DNA of 64,000 nucleotides from Pirellulaceae bacterium (GTDB lineage: Bacteria; Planctomycetota; Planctomycetia; Pirellulales; Pirellulaceae): positions 215,925-279,924 of the forward strand of contig JAHBXT010000005.1 of the NCBI GenBank assembly GCA_019636385.1, read 5' to 3'. Below the pieces are notes generated by a model. It was not told where the DNA came from, did not search any database, and saw nothing but the letters and a program-made list of their open reading frames with translations. How positions within the stretch are numbered: position 1 is the stretch's first letter; every line of letters begins with the position of its first letter. This document shows positions 9,402 through 19,697 of the stretch, piece after piece. The translations under genes and the position numbers were made by a program.

Positions 9402-10487
9402 ATGAACCTCACATTCTACTTGAAACGCATCCTCCTGCTGCTCCTGTATTGCCTGATCCCGCAAGATTTTTTGCCGGCTCAGCCAGCAGGTCAAGCTGCC
9501 CCACCCACCGTAGGTCCTGAGAGTTCACTAACCATTACGGCTCCTAAGTCCGATGTTGGTGACGGCCACACAGCAACCTTTCCAGCCATGGGAACGCTCG
9601 TCGAATTGACGGTCTATCATGGCGACAGACTACGAGTCGAGGCGGCTTTTCGCGAAGCACAAACGTTGGTTGTGGAGCTGGCGGCTGTGCTGACCGACTA
9701 CGATGCCAACAGCGAGGCACGCCGCCTGACAGAGCTAGCTGTCGGGCAGCCTGCCCATGTCTCCGACACCTTGTGGGAGATGTTGGCAGCGGCTGACTCA
9801 TGGAATCGCAATTCCAAAGGGGCGTTGGACTGTAGTTTAGGCCGGCTAACGCAACTATGGCGCAGATATCGCCGCGCCGGCCGCGTTCCGACCGAGCACG
9901 AAGTCCAGCAAGCGCTTGAGCGCTGCGGCTGGAAATATATTGATTTAGACGCGGACAGACGTACCGCCACGATCGCATTCTCCGATATGCGACTAGATTT
10001 TGGCGCCATTGGCAAGGGCTATATTGTCGATCGAGTCTTTGACCTTCTACAACATCACGAGTTGTCGTGTTGCCTGGTTAACATCAGCGGCAACATGCGT
10101 TGTGGAGAGCCGCCGTCGGGTCGAGCCGGCTGGAGGATTGCCGTCTCAGGCTTGTCGCCAGAAGGCCAGCCTCTGCGGCGTATTGAAGTGCGCGACATCG
10201 CCATCGCGACCAGTGGCGACTTGTGGCAGTTCGTCACCGTCGATGGCCAGCGCCGCAGTCACATTCTCGATCCGCGCACGGGCTATGGCGTGCCAGGACC
10301 GCTGGCAGTGACGGTGTTAGCTCCCTCTGCACTGGCAGCCGACGCGCTGGCCACGATCGGATGTATTGCTGACTGGCAAGACTTTAAGCGGTTGCTTTCA
10401 AAATACGAAGGCACCGCAGCTCTTCGCGCCAGCCAGTATGCAGAACTCGAAGTCATCGCTACTGAGTCATTTCCGCGATCGCAGTAA
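9402..10487 (+). CDS. apbE: FAD:protein FMN transferase
   Basis: AMGT, LDFGAIGKGYIVD, IATSGD, SHILDPRTG, ADALAT. Confidence 0.93.
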   Translation: MNLTFYLKRILLLLLYCLIPQDFLPAQPAGQAAPPTVGPESSLTITAPKSDVGDGHTATFPAMGTLVELTVYHGDRLRVEAAFREAQTLVVELAAVLTDYDANSEARRLTELAVGQPAHVSDTLWEMLAAADSWNRNSKGALDCSLGRLTQLWRRYRRAGRVPTEHEVQQALERCGWKYIDLDADRRTATIAFSDMRLDFGAIGKGYIVDRVFDLLQHHELSCCLVNISGNMRCGEPPSGRAGWRIAVSGLSPEGQPLRRIEVRDIAIATSGDLWQFVTVDGQRRSHILDPRTGYGVPGPLAVTVLAPSALAADALATIGCIADWQDFKRLLSKYEGTAALRASQYAELEVIATESFPRSQ

Positions 10488-10544
10488 CCACTTGTCACCG
10501 CGCGGGCAACGGCTGGTACGGCCCGCAGGGCAGGTGGTTCAATG

Positions 10545-12101
10545 TTATGTCCCGCAAAACGTACAGTACCCCGCGTCGCCCCCGGGAGGCGGGCTACGGT
10601 AGGCAACATTGGAGTCAAGTTTGTCATAGGGCCGCGCGAGAGCGGCCAATAGATTCTCAAGCGGTCCCTTGTCTTGCCGCAGTACAGCGGCGCTGAGAGC
10701 TTCTTCCACGCAATGGTTGCGCGGAATGACGACGGGATTGTGCTGCTGCATTCGTTCTTGGACTTTCGCCCAGGATTGACCAGTCACCACAACTCGCTGT
10801 CGCCAATGGCTCAGCCACTGCTGGAACTCAGGTGAGTCATAGGGACCTCCTTGGCAACGCAGCTCGGCCAAGTCGCGGAAGGTAACAGTAAAATCCACCT
10901 GTTGACTTGCCATCCATTGCAGTAGCGATTCTATGAGCTGCACATCGTCCTCACCCGCACTGGGGAGCCCGAGCTTATTGCCAAACCCTTCCAGCCAATG
11001 TTGCCGATAGATCATCGCAAATTGCTCAAGCTCCTCGGTCGCCTTGTCGATGGCGGTGTTTGGGTCTTGGTCCAGTAGCGGGAGCAGCGACTCTGCAAAC
11101 CGAGCCAGATTCCACTGCGCTATCCGAGGTTGATTGCCGTAAGCGTAACGCCCTTGGTGATCAATGGAACTGAACACGGTGTGTGGACTATAAGCATTCA
11201 TGAACGCGCACGGCCCATAGTCGATCGTTTCACCGGCAATCGACATGTTGTCGGTATTCATCACGCCGTGAATAAAACCGACCTGCATCCAGCGCGCAAT
11301 AAGTGCGGCTTGGCTGGCGACGACACTGCGCAAGAACCGCCGATAAATTTCCTTGGAACCGGTCAATTCCGGATAGTGGCGATCAATGGCGTAGTCAGCC
11401 AAGTTCTGCAATAGGCGCGGCTGTTGCAATGCTGCGGCATACTGAAAGGTCCCGACGCGTAGATGGCTGGCGGCAACTCGAGTCAGCACGGCTCCCGGTT
11501 CTACTTGTTGGCGGTAGACTGCTTGGCCGGTTTGCACTACCGCCAAGCTGAGCGTAGTCGGGATGCCCAAGGCTTGCATGGCGTGGCTGATGATGTATTC
11601 ACGAAGCATTGGGCCGAGTGCTGCCCGGCCGTCGCCTTGCCGTGAATAGGCGGTCAATCCACCGCCCTTAAGCTGTATGTCCAGCAGGCGACCAGTGGGC
11701 GTTAGCTGTTCGCCAAGCAGAATCGCGCGACCGTCGCCCAGCATGGTAAAGCCGCCAAACTGATGCCCCGCATAGGCTTGTGCCAAAGGCATACTGTTAG
11801 GAGGCAACCGATTGCCCGCAAAAACGTCAACTGCCGAGGTATCGGTCAGTCGCGCGGGGTCCAGCCCCAGCGTCCTGGCGACTGTCACGTTCAATAGGAC
11901 CAGAGTCGGATTGCTGACAGGCGTGGGCTGAACCAACTGAAAAAAGTCTGGAGGCAGGCGCGCGTAACTGTTTTGTAGATTCCAACCAACTGTAGAATCT
12001 TCATTGGCCAGCGGGCCGGTCGGTACAACGTGGCTGGTTGCAGCTTGAGCGTTGTCATTCCGTTGGTTGTCAGACTGTCCGCCTAGGTCGCATTCGTTCA
12101 T
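10545..12101 (-). CDS. selO: Protein adenylyltransferase SelO (YdiU)
   Basis: YAGHQFG..LGDGRA, QLKGGG.TAYSRQGDGRA, GFIHGVMNTDN, IDYGP; C-terminal CGT. Confidence 0.95.
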   Translation of the reverse strand: MNECDLGGQSDNQRNDNAQAATSHVVPTGPLANEDSTVGWNLQNSYARLPPDFFQLVQPTPVSNPTLVLLNVTVARTLGLDPARLTDTSAVDVFAGNRLPPNSMPLAQAYAGHQFGGFTMLGDGRAILLGEQLTPTGRLLDIQLKGGGLTAYSRQGDGRAALGPMLREYIISHAMQALGIPTTLSLAVVQTGQAVYRQQVEPGAVLTRVAASHLRVGTFQYAAALQQPRLLQNLADYAIDRHYPELTGSKEIYRRFLRSVVASQAALIARWMQVGFIHGVMNTDNMSIAGETIDYGPCAFMNAYSPHTVFSSIDHQGRYAYGNQPRIAQWNLARFAESLLPLLDQDPNTAIDKATEELEQFAMIYRQHWLEGFGNKLGLPSAGEDDVQLIESLLQWMASQQVDFTVTFRDLAELRCQGGPYDSPEFQQWLSHWRQRVVVTGQSWAKVQERMQQHNPVVIPRNHCVEEALSAAVLRQDKGPLENLLAALARPYDKLDSNVAYRSPPPGGDAGYCTFCGT

Positions 12102-12572
12102 GGCAATTCACTTCCCTGCATCGCCTAAGGCAATTTGTGTTTGCGGTCGCGTAGTGAAGGTGGTGGGCCGGCGCAGGGCTGAACCGATTGTTTCTGAACG
12201 ACCATTGTCGCTCTTGTAGAGTTCTATGCACCCATCCACAAGTTGTCAAACAATATGAATGAATATTGATGGACAGGAGGATTGCATGTCGCTGATAGAA
12301 TCACCTGTGTTGTGTGAATCGTTTGTATTCGAGTTTCGGATTGCTGGCTGCCAACTCATTGATAACTTCGAACGGACAACCGCTGATTTTCTCAGTGATT
12401 TCTCTAACCTGCAAGTCGGATCGTCGATCATCCTGTAAGTCCTGTAGACCTGTGGTTGGTTCTTCAGTTGTACCACATTATTTGTGCATAGGTGTGCTTA
12501 GGTATTACAGATTGGGTTTTCATCGGTTCCACTGGTCCCAGCCTTCAAGTCGCACTTCGCGGCTGAAATGTT

Positions 12573-14417
12573 TCACGATTTCTTATTTTCGACATGCGCT
12601 AACAACAGCGCCAAGTCGGCAGGCGTGATGCCACTGATTCGCCCAGCCTGATCAAAATTGATCGGGCGAATTTTTTGGAGTTTTTGACGTGCTTCAGTGC
12701 GCAGTCCGCGAATCGACTGATAGTCGAATTCTAGTGGAATACGCTTGGCCGCCATCCGCTGTTGGCGATCAATTTGCTGTTGCTGTCGGTCGATATACCC
12801 GGCATAGCGTACGTCCCATATCACTTGATCGACCACTTGCTCATCGAACGCTACCAGTTGCGGTTGACGTTGGCACATTTCGTCCCAAGTGACTTCGTTG
12901 CGCCGCAGGTACTTCAAACCATCTATTGAATCGACTCGCAGTTCTGCCAGTAGATGCAGCGCTCGAGCAATATCGTCCTCTTTACTGCTTAGCCGTTGCC
13001 AGCGAGCTTGAGAGACCATGCCCAATTCATATCCCAGCCGGGTCAGCCGTCGATCTGCATTATCGTGTCGCAGCAGCAGTCGATATTCGGCGCGACTTGT
13101 GAACATGCGATAAGGTTCATCAACACCGCGCGTTACCAGGTCGTCGATCAAGACACCCAAGTAAGCTTGATCGCGGGATAGTATCAACGGTGGGCGTCCT
13201 TTCAATTTAAGCGCGGCGTTGGCACCCGCCAACAGTCCCTGTCCCCCCGCTTCTTCGTAGCCAGTCGTGCCGTTGATCTGTCCGGCGAAAAACAGTCCCG
13301 AAACCAGTTTTGATTCCAAGCTGGGCCACAATTGTTCAGGTGGGCAGTAATCGTACTCAACGGCATAACCATAGCGCATGATCTGAGCCCGCTGCAGTCC
13401 GGGAATCAGTCTTAGGACGCCATGCTGCACGTCGCGGGGCAAGCTGGTCGAGATTCCATTGACGTAGATTTCGGTAGTACGCCGGCCTTCTGGCTCCAAA
13501 AATAGTTGATGGCGATCCTTATCGGCAAAACGAACTATCTTATCCTCGATCGATGGGCAGTAGCGCGGACCTGTGGACTGAATCTGACCGCTGTACATGG
13601 GAGCGCGATGCAAGTTTGCACGGATCAGATCGTGTACCGCAGAATTTGTATAAGTGATGTAGCAGGGCAACTGCGGTGTGGGCAATGCAGCGGTTAAAAA
13701 TGAAAAAGCTTGAGGGTGGTCGTCACCAGGTTGCAATTCAGTTTGCGAGAAGTCGATAGTCTTGGCATCCAATCTCGGTGGCGTGCCGGTTTTGAAGCGA
13801 TCCAGGCGAATGCCCAGGCGCCTCAGCGCACCGCTGATGCCGCGCGTGGTGCCCTCCCCTGCCCTTCCGCCTTCAGTTTTGGCTTCGCCCGTATGCATCA
13901 CCGCTTGCAAGAATGTGCCGGTGGTCAAAACAACTGCCGAAGCGCGGTAGGCTGCATCGCCGCGCACGCGAACTCCACAGATTATCGGTAGCTGACCCTC
14001 AGCGCACTGGATGATCAAGTCCTCGACGGTCTCTTGGATCAGCGAGATGTTGGGGTAAGCTTCCACCGCTTCCTTGATCCACTGTTGGTAAGCCCGCTTG
14101 TCAGCCTGTGCGCGAGGGCTGTGCATGGCCGGTCCCTTGCGGCGATTAAGCAAACGGAATTGAATGCCAGTGGCGTCGATGGCTTGACCCATCAGTCCGC
14201 CCAACGCGTCGATCTCGCGCACAATTTGTCCTTTGGCAACTCCCCCGACAGCCGGATTACAGCTCATCTGTCCAACGGTATCCAAGCTGCCCGAGAGCAA
14301 CGCCACCTTGGCACCCAAGCGGGCGGCGGCAGTCGCCGCTTCGGTTCCGGCGTGGCCGGCTCCGACCACGACGATGTCGTAGTCATAAGTGATTGATGGA
14401 GATGGATTTGATGGCAT
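12573..14417 (-). CDS. mnmG: tRNA uridine-5-carboxymethylaminomethyl(34) synthesis enzyme
   Basis: VVGAGHAG, MSCNPAVGG, RFKTGTPPR, GPRYCPSIEDK, AGQINGTTGYEEA. Confidence 0.97.
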   Translation of the reverse strand: MPSNPSPSITYDYDIVVVGAGHAGTEAATAAARLGAKVALLSGSLDTVGQMSCNPAVGGVAKGQIVREIDALGGLMGQAIDATGIQFRLLNRRKGPAMHSPRAQADKRAYQQWIKEAVEAYPNISLIQETVEDLIIQCAEGQLPIICGVRVRGDAAYRASAVVLTTGTFLQAVMHTGEAKTEGGRAGEGTTRGISGALRRLGIRLDRFKTGTPPRLDAKTIDFSQTELQPGDDHPQAFSFLTAALPTPQLPCYITYTNSAVHDLIRANLHRAPMYSGQIQSTGPRYCPSIEDKIVRFADKDRHQLFLEPEGRRTTEIYVNGISTSLPRDVQHGVLRLIPGLQRAQIMRYGYAVEYDYCPPEQLWPSLESKLVSGLFFAGQINGTTGYEEAGGQGLLAGANAALKLKGRPPLILSRDQAYLGVLIDDLVTRGVDEPYRMFTSRAEYRLLLRHDNADRRLTRLGYELGMVSQARWQRLSSKEDDIARALHLLAELRVDSIDGLKYLRRNEVTWDEMCQRQPQLVAFDEQVVDQVIWDVRYAGYIDRQQQQIDRQQRMAAKRIPLEFDYQSIRGLRTEARQKLQKIRPINFDQAGRISGITPADLALLLAHVENKKS

Positions 14418-14563
14418 GGTTTTCCAGCAGGCGGGGCCGGGAGCTAGCATTGGGCGTCAGTGTTCGATCCGATAGAAGCGGTGCATTTTAATTATGAAGG
14501 CAGCTTTCCGCGACCGACATAAAGCAGATAAGCAATTCTGCTGTAGCGCCGCCCATAGATACA

Positions 14564-16492
14564 TTGCGCATGAACCGACTGGTCACCAATCCACGGAACC
14601 GCCACAAGCTGCGTCGCTGGACGCTGTCAGCGGTCCTGTCCTGCGGGCTAGTCGCCATGTGTGGCCAGTCGCCATCGGTTGCGCAAGCCCCTGCCAACCG
14701 CAGTGAAACATCCGGACCTAAATCGGAAGGTGCTGGTCCAGTTTATCTTTCGTTTGCCCAGTTTCATATCCCCTTTAGCATCGATCGAACTGGCGTGATT
14801 CCGTCAGAAGTTCGTTTGTATGTTTCGACAGACAGCGGAAGGAGTTGGCAGCATCACGGCAGCGCGGGACCAGAAGCCAGTTTTTTTGAATTCCGTGCGG
14901 CTGCTGAGGGCGAATACCTATTTGCAGTCCAAACAGTCGACGCAGCGGGAGTTGCCTTTGTTAGCCCTAATCCGCCAATGCGAGTCGCCGTGGACACGAC
15001 CGAACCTCGCGTGGAAGTCCAGGCGGAACTGGATGCCAACGGCAATCTGATTGTTGACTTGACGGCCTCCGACCAGAACCTCAACCTGGACTCGGCGACC
15101 TTGCGAGTTCGCACGGATCGTGAAACCGAATGGCGGGAAGTACCAGTACAAACTCTCGCACCGGTCGGAGACAGCTACCACGGGCAAGTCGAGCTAAGGC
15201 TACCGCTCTGCCGGGAAGTAGCGATCGTCTTTAGCGTTCTCGATCACGCACTCAACAGCGGACAGGCCAGCTACCGGTTTGCGATGCCACGCACGGCTGG
15301 GATCAGCGATATGCAGTTGGCCAGCACTCGCGGTAATGCTGCGGTGGCCGATGGTCGTCAGGCAGTCATCCCAGATATACCCGGCGCGGTGCGCTGGGAA
15401 ATGGATGCTGCTGGGAGTGCAGGACCACAGGGCAACACTTGGGCACAGTCGGGTGCGACACGATTTCCCACTAAGTCATTGACCACTCTGCCACCGTCCA
15501 ATCCACCAAAAGCGGAGTCATCTCCACTCGATCGCTTGGGGGCCAGACCGGGACGACTGGCAGCCAGCCAAGCGGATTTAGATCTGATACCCAACCAATC
15601 TAAACCCTCGTCGTTTGAGGAACTTCCTCTGCCGGAGCCAATGCAAGCCCAAGCATCATCGCCAGCGCCCCATCCTGGAAAGCAATTGGAAGTTAAGCAA
15701 CAGACCCAGGAGTTGACGCTGGGCGATTCAGGCAGTCAGTCACCTCAGATTGACCCACCGTCGGCAGCTGAGACAAGCGACAAGATGACAACAGAGCAGG
15801 TAGTTCAGCGCCAAGGGGAACACAACACGAGCGATCAAGGCTATCAGCCGGTCGATGCACAGCATCCATTCTTCTGCAAAGCGCGGACCTTTAGCTTGGA
15901 CTATTCGGTCGAAGCTATGGGGGGCACCGCGCTTGCAGAAGTTGAATTGTGGGGTACGGAAGATTTGGGACAAAATTGGCAAAAATGGGGAGTCGATCCG
16001 GATCGTACTAGCCCGTTTGATGTCCGAGTTGCCAACGATGGCAAATTCGGCTTCCGCATGGTTCTAGTCGGACAAAACGGATTTGTTCTGGGCCAGCCAA
16101 AGTCCGGTGAAGATGCCGATGTGTGGGTTCATGTAGATACGCAGGTGCCCTACTGCAAGATCAGTCGCGCGATCTATGGCGAAGGTTCTGAGGCCGGGAT
16201 GTTGGTGATCGACTACCAATGCACGGACGCCGATCTAGCCGACTTACCGATCAACCTGTCCTACAGCACTTCGCCTGAAGGCCCTTGGACAGCGCTGGCC
16301 AACAACCAAAAGAACAGCGGTCTTTACCTGTGGAAAATCCCTGCGGAGCTTACTTCACGAATCTACCTGATGGTCCAAGCCATCGACAAAGCAGGTAATG
16401 TTGGCATGCATCGACTTGAATTGCCCATCGACATCAAAGGTGCAACTCCGCGTGGACGGATTCAAGGTCTACGACCCATTCTGTCGCCTTGA
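14564..16492 (+). CDS. Exported hypothetical protein with repeated beta-sandwich-like domains and P/S/Q-rich linker
   Basis: 642-aa ORF with signal-peptide-like N-terminus; two similar segments (FHIPFSID..EVRLYVSTDSGRSW vs FSLDYSVE..EVELWGTEDLGQNW). Confidence 0.75.
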   Translation: MRMNRLVTNPRNRHKLRRWTLSAVLSCGLVAMCGQSPSVAQAPANRSETSGPKSEGAGPVYLSFAQFHIPFSIDRTGVIPSEVRLYVSTDSGRSWQHHGSAGPEASFFEFRAAAEGEYLFAVQTVDAAGVAFVSPNPPMRVAVDTTEPRVEVQAELDANGNLIVDLTASDQNLNLDSATLRVRTDRETEWREVPVQTLAPVGDSYHGQVELRLPLCREVAIVFSVLDHALNSGQASYRFAMPRTAGISDMQLASTRGNAAVADGRQAVIPDIPGAVRWEMDAAGSAGPQGNTWAQSGATRFPTKSLTTLPPSNPPKAESSPLDRLGARPGRLAASQADLDLIPNQSKPSSFEELPLPEPMQAQASSPAPHPGKQLEVKQQTQELTLGDSGSQSPQIDPPSAAETSDKMTTEQVVQRQGEHNTSDQGYQPVDAQHPFFCKARTFSLDYSVEAMGGTALAEVELWGTEDLGQNWQKWGVDPDRTSPFDVRVANDGKFGFRMVLVGQNGFVLGQPKSGEDADVWVHVDTQVPYCKISRAIYGEGSEAGMLVIDYQCTDADLADLPINLSYSTSPEGPWTALANNQKNSGLYLWKIPAELTSRIYLMVQAIDKAGNVGMHRLELPIDIKGATPRGRIQGLRPILSP

Positions 16493-16793
16493 TTGCGCTC
16501 CGGCTTCGTTGGGACTGTTCAGTGGGCGAACGCCACGGTGGGCGCAGGCTCGAGGGGCAATTCTCTGGGCCAATCGAATTGGCCCCCAAAAGTATCGCCC
16601 GCGAAACACCCCCTGCTCGATCAGTGAGCAGATGCGCCTGCGCGCGGCGAGACATCTTGCATTCTAAGAATACCCGTCGCGGTCAGCTTGCTCTACGATT
16701 TTCCGCAAATCTTGCACCGCCCAGCTCTCCGTACTGACGCATCGCCCGGAGAGCTACAAAAATCTGACAGTGCAAAATTGGAGAATCCCGGCG

Positions 16794-17270
16794 CTATTTC
16801 TTCGTAGACAACTCGACGACCGGTGCCGAAGCGTCTGATTCAATTTCAATAGTCACGTTTGATGATGCTAACGCATATTTGCCATTGAAAAGGTCGGGTG
16901 GGTCCGGCGGGGTTGCGCCCATGGTGGTCTTCGGAGCTTTGAATTTTGGATCAGGATATGTTGCCGCAATCGAGTATTTGCCAGCGGGGATACCTGGTAG
17001 ACTTTCATTTTCCCAAATTGAAAAGGGTTGGAATGAGCCGTCGGAACTCGAGACAGCACTCGACACGAACTCATTGGTGCCAAATTTGTACATCGTCAGC
17101 CCGACACCACCTGCCGGCTTGCCATCTACATTGACGGTGCCGGTGACTTTGTGAAGTTTGGGACCTCCTCCGCAACCCGCGCATGCAATCAGTATTGCCA
17201 TCGCAATAGTTGAATGGAAATGTCTGGTTGGGTTAGATCCTAAACGGTGATGACATTTAATGTCCATCAT
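16794..17270 (-). CDS. Small lipoprotein, carboxypeptidase-regulatory-like beta-sandwich
   Basis: ACAGC lipobox; VTGTVNVDGKP, G.Y..ATYP, PDLFNGKYA; SD GGAG. Confidence 0.8.
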   Translation of the reverse strand: MMDIKCHHRLGSNPTRHFHSTIAMAILIACAGCGGGPKLHKVTGTVNVDGKPAGGVGLTMYKFGTNEFVSSAVSSSDGSFQPFSIWENESLPGIPAGKYSIAATYPDPKFKAPKTTMGATPPDPPDLFNGKYALASSNVTIEIESDASAPVVELSTKK

Positions 17271-17388
17271 GAACTCTCTCCTATCTCGCAAATAGAAATC
17301 GAATAAACACAACTGGCCGGAAGAAGTGAATCGCAATTAAAAACGTAATCTGCGTCTTAGAGCAAGTGGTCAGTTCTCGCTCAGGTGC

Positions 17389-17425
17389 AAAAAAAGCGAG
17401 CACACCTCTGTGGCGCACTCGCTTT
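17389..17425 (-). terminator. Stem-loop with U-tract between DUF1559 gene and lipoprotein gene
   Basis: Minus strand AAAGCGAGTGCGCC-acaga-GGTGTGCTCGCTTT-TTTT. Confidence 0.7.
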
Positions 17426-17476
17426 CATGAGAACTGTTACAGTGACACTAAAACCAAAACTCAGCGCCCAAAACAA

Positions 17477-18661
17477 CTAGTTTCCACTCAAGGCAACAGA
17501 CAAACTGTCATTGCGGGTGATTAGAGCGTAGAAAGTTACCAGGTCAAAGTTCTGACCGACGAACGATACAGAACCGTCGCCGCGGAGTGTATTCATTCCA
17601 CCGGCGTGGAATGAATACGGGTTGTCTTCATTGTAAACATTAAGAAATTGAGATCCGCCAGTCTGGTTGTTACGGTCAGCGTGAGTGGGATTTGGCGTCG
17701 CTGTGGGGTTGATAGGGGCCAATATACGAATATGACGGGCCACGTTCCAATCGACCATGGATGAATTCAACGTGCTATTGGGTTCAACCAACCTGCCGCG
17801 ATACCAACGATCTTGCTTCCCACCCAATTCAACAAATGCAATCGTATTGGATAGGCCGTCAGTGATTTCACCGTACTTAATGGTCTTCTTGTTTACGATC
17901 ATGGACCATTCTTGGCGTCCTGAAACCGTAACGGCTGGTCCTTCTGGTGCACCTAGCATGCCGCTGTTACAAAGTGGATTATCGCGAGTGCAGTTCGCAG
18001 GTGGACTACCTGTCGGAAGGATTTTCGATCCGACCGGCAGTGCATTGTTTACCACAACTAAGAATTCAGGGGTCACTCCTCGTATTGGAGCATAGTCGGT
18101 TCTGGGAAGAATCCATGGATCCGCTACCGAGGGTGTGAGCGCTTTGGCCCATGTCGCATAATTAGATCCCGATTCTGGTGCCGATGGACATACAAAGGTG
18201 GGTATCAAGTTCACCTTATGCACAGTTATCGGAACGATGCCTTCCGACCAACCTGGTACAGACGCCGGCAAGTTGCGTCTGGAAAACAACGGCATAGTAT
18301 GGTCGAACATCTTGAACAAATTGTCCTGCTCCATGAAGGGAGCCAACTGGCCAATAGCGGGCATACCGCGTCGAGTGTCTGGCGCTGCAAGATCTGCCAT
18401 CGGATTCTTAGACAAGTCAGCACCAGATTCATTAACTCCGACCTGATAGGCCCAGCACGGGAATTTCTCGGTGTAGGTGGAGCCGTAATTGTGCAGCGCG
18501 ATCCCAATCTGCTTGAGATTGTTACCGCAACTCATTCTGCGAGCAGCCTCGCGAGCTGCCTGAACTGCAGGTAGGAGTAGCCCTACCAAGATGCCGATGA
18601 TGGCAATCACCACCAACAGCTCGACCAGCGTAAAGCCAGCCTTGACCGATGAACGTTTCAT
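17477..18661 (-). CDS. DUF1559 prepilin-like protein with N-methylation leader and H-X9-DG motif
   Basis: [34 protein letters not shown]; ITDGLSNT; [14 protein letters not shown]; SD GGAGG. Confidence 0.95.
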   Translation of the reverse strand: MKRSSVKAGFTLVELLVVIAIIGILVGLLLPAVQAAREAARRMSCGNNLKQIGIALHNYGSTYTEKFPCWAYQVGVNESGADLSKNPMADLAAPDTRRGMPAIGQLAPFMEQDNLFKMFDHTMPLFSRRNLPASVPGWSEGIVPITVHKVNLIPTFVCPSAPESGSNYATWAKALTPSVADPWILPRTDYAPIRGVTPEFLVVVNNALPVGSKILPTGSPPANCTRDNPLCNSGMLGAPEGPAVTVSGRQEWSMIVNKKTIKYGEITDGLSNTIAFVELGGKQDRWYRGRLVEPNSTLNSSMVDWNVARHIRILAPINPTATPNPTHADRNNQTGGSQFLNVYNEDNPYSFHAGGMNTLRGDGSVSFVGQNFDLVTFYALITRNDSLSVALSGN

Positions 18662-18964
18662 AAGAACCTCCCAGAGCATTAAAAGAAAATAATTACCCTC
18701 TAGTCCAAATTGGAGATCGGGCTCATCTTTTATCGTAAGCATTTCCAAACGGCTGTCCAGGACAGAACGTCGCGGCGAAGACAAAATTTGGTGGTTTGAT
18801 ACCCCCTTATGGCGACTTAGGGGGGGACTGCTGGTCGTAGTGGTGGTCGCCAGTGCTAATAGGCGGCAGCTGGCGGTCACAATTGGAGGTTGCTGGCCCG
18901 ATCTGAGAACGGAACAGTTGCCAGGATGTAAATCCTAGTTACTACACCACGATCGACTCAGGCC

Positions 18965-19007
18965 AAAAGAAAAGGGCCCACAAGGTGAATCAATCAACTT
19001 GGGGCCC
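18965..19007 (-). terminator. Probable intrinsic terminator after lipoprotein gene
   Basis: Minus strand GGGCCC(C)AAG..CTTG(T)GGGCCC followed by TTTTCTTTT. Confidence 0.6.
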
Positions 19008-19036
19008 CGGAATTATCCACTGGCTGAACGGAATGC

Positions 19037-19495
19037 CTATTTGCTGGTCGTCAGATCGACCTTGAGCTCCTTTGTCGGACCGGTAATCTCGAACACAATA
19101 TCCGAGGAGCTGGCGTATTTGCCTTTCAGAAGGTCACGCGGAGAGTCTGGTTCGCTGTAAATCCCGACCTGTTTGGCCTTGTGCTTCGGATCTGGCCAAT
19201 CAGCAGTTACCTTGTAGCTGCCCTTGGGTAGTCCCGGCTCCATATTTGTCGTCAAAGAAAAACTGCCTCCCTCGTCCGAGGTTGTAGAAGATGGAGCCGC
19301 GTCGGCTTGAGTTCCTTGAGGGTAGAATCTCAAATTTACTCCCGGCGTTGGCTTGCCGTCAACCGAGACGGTACCACTGACTTCCACCAATGAGCTACCG
19401 CAGCCTGTCAGACTCAGTACCCAAATCAGCGAAAGAATCCTCAGGGAATATAATTTCTGTTCGGTTAACAAGCGGAATCCGTATCGCATAATCAA
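19037..19495 (-). CDS. Small lipoprotein, carboxypeptidase-regulatory-like beta-sandwich
   Basis: LTGC lipobox; VSGTVSVDGKP, G.YKVTADWP, RDLLKGKYA; paralogue of 16794-17270. Confidence 0.82.
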   Translation of the reverse strand: MIMRYGFRLLTEQKLYSLRILSLIWVLSLTGCGSSLVEVSGTVSVDGKPTPGVNLRFYPQGTQADAAPSSTTSDEGGSFSLTTNMEPGLPKGSYKVTADWPDPKHKAKQVGIYSEPDSPRDLLKGKYASSSDIVFEITGPTKELKVDLTTSK

Positions 19496-19631
19496 CTCTC
19501 TGAGGAAGCTAGGGAATTGTGTGGATGGAAAAAACTGCCCGATCTCTGTTGATATCGGTAGAAGTTACATTTGAAATTATTCAGGCGGTCGGGTTAACCC
19601 CTGAAGCGGAGAAACGCTCGCCATTGTAATC

Positions 19632-19669
19632 AAACAGGCGAGTTCCACAGTTGGGGGACTCGCCTGTTT
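19632..19669 (-). terminator. Strong stem-loop between DUF1559 gene and lipoprotein gene
   Basis: AAACAGGCGAGT..ACTCGCCTGTTT, a 12-bp perfect stem. Confidence 0.65.
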
Positions 19670-19697
19670 GAGTTAACTGCTTTAATCCAGGACATGC

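Noticed and set aside
16567-16755. Inverted repeats GGGCCAAT/ATTGGCCC and AGCTCTCCG/CGGAGAGCT between convergent genes
   Set aside because: They are plausible termination or stability hairpins but lack a clear U-tract on the proper side, so they are ordinary and not confidently callable.
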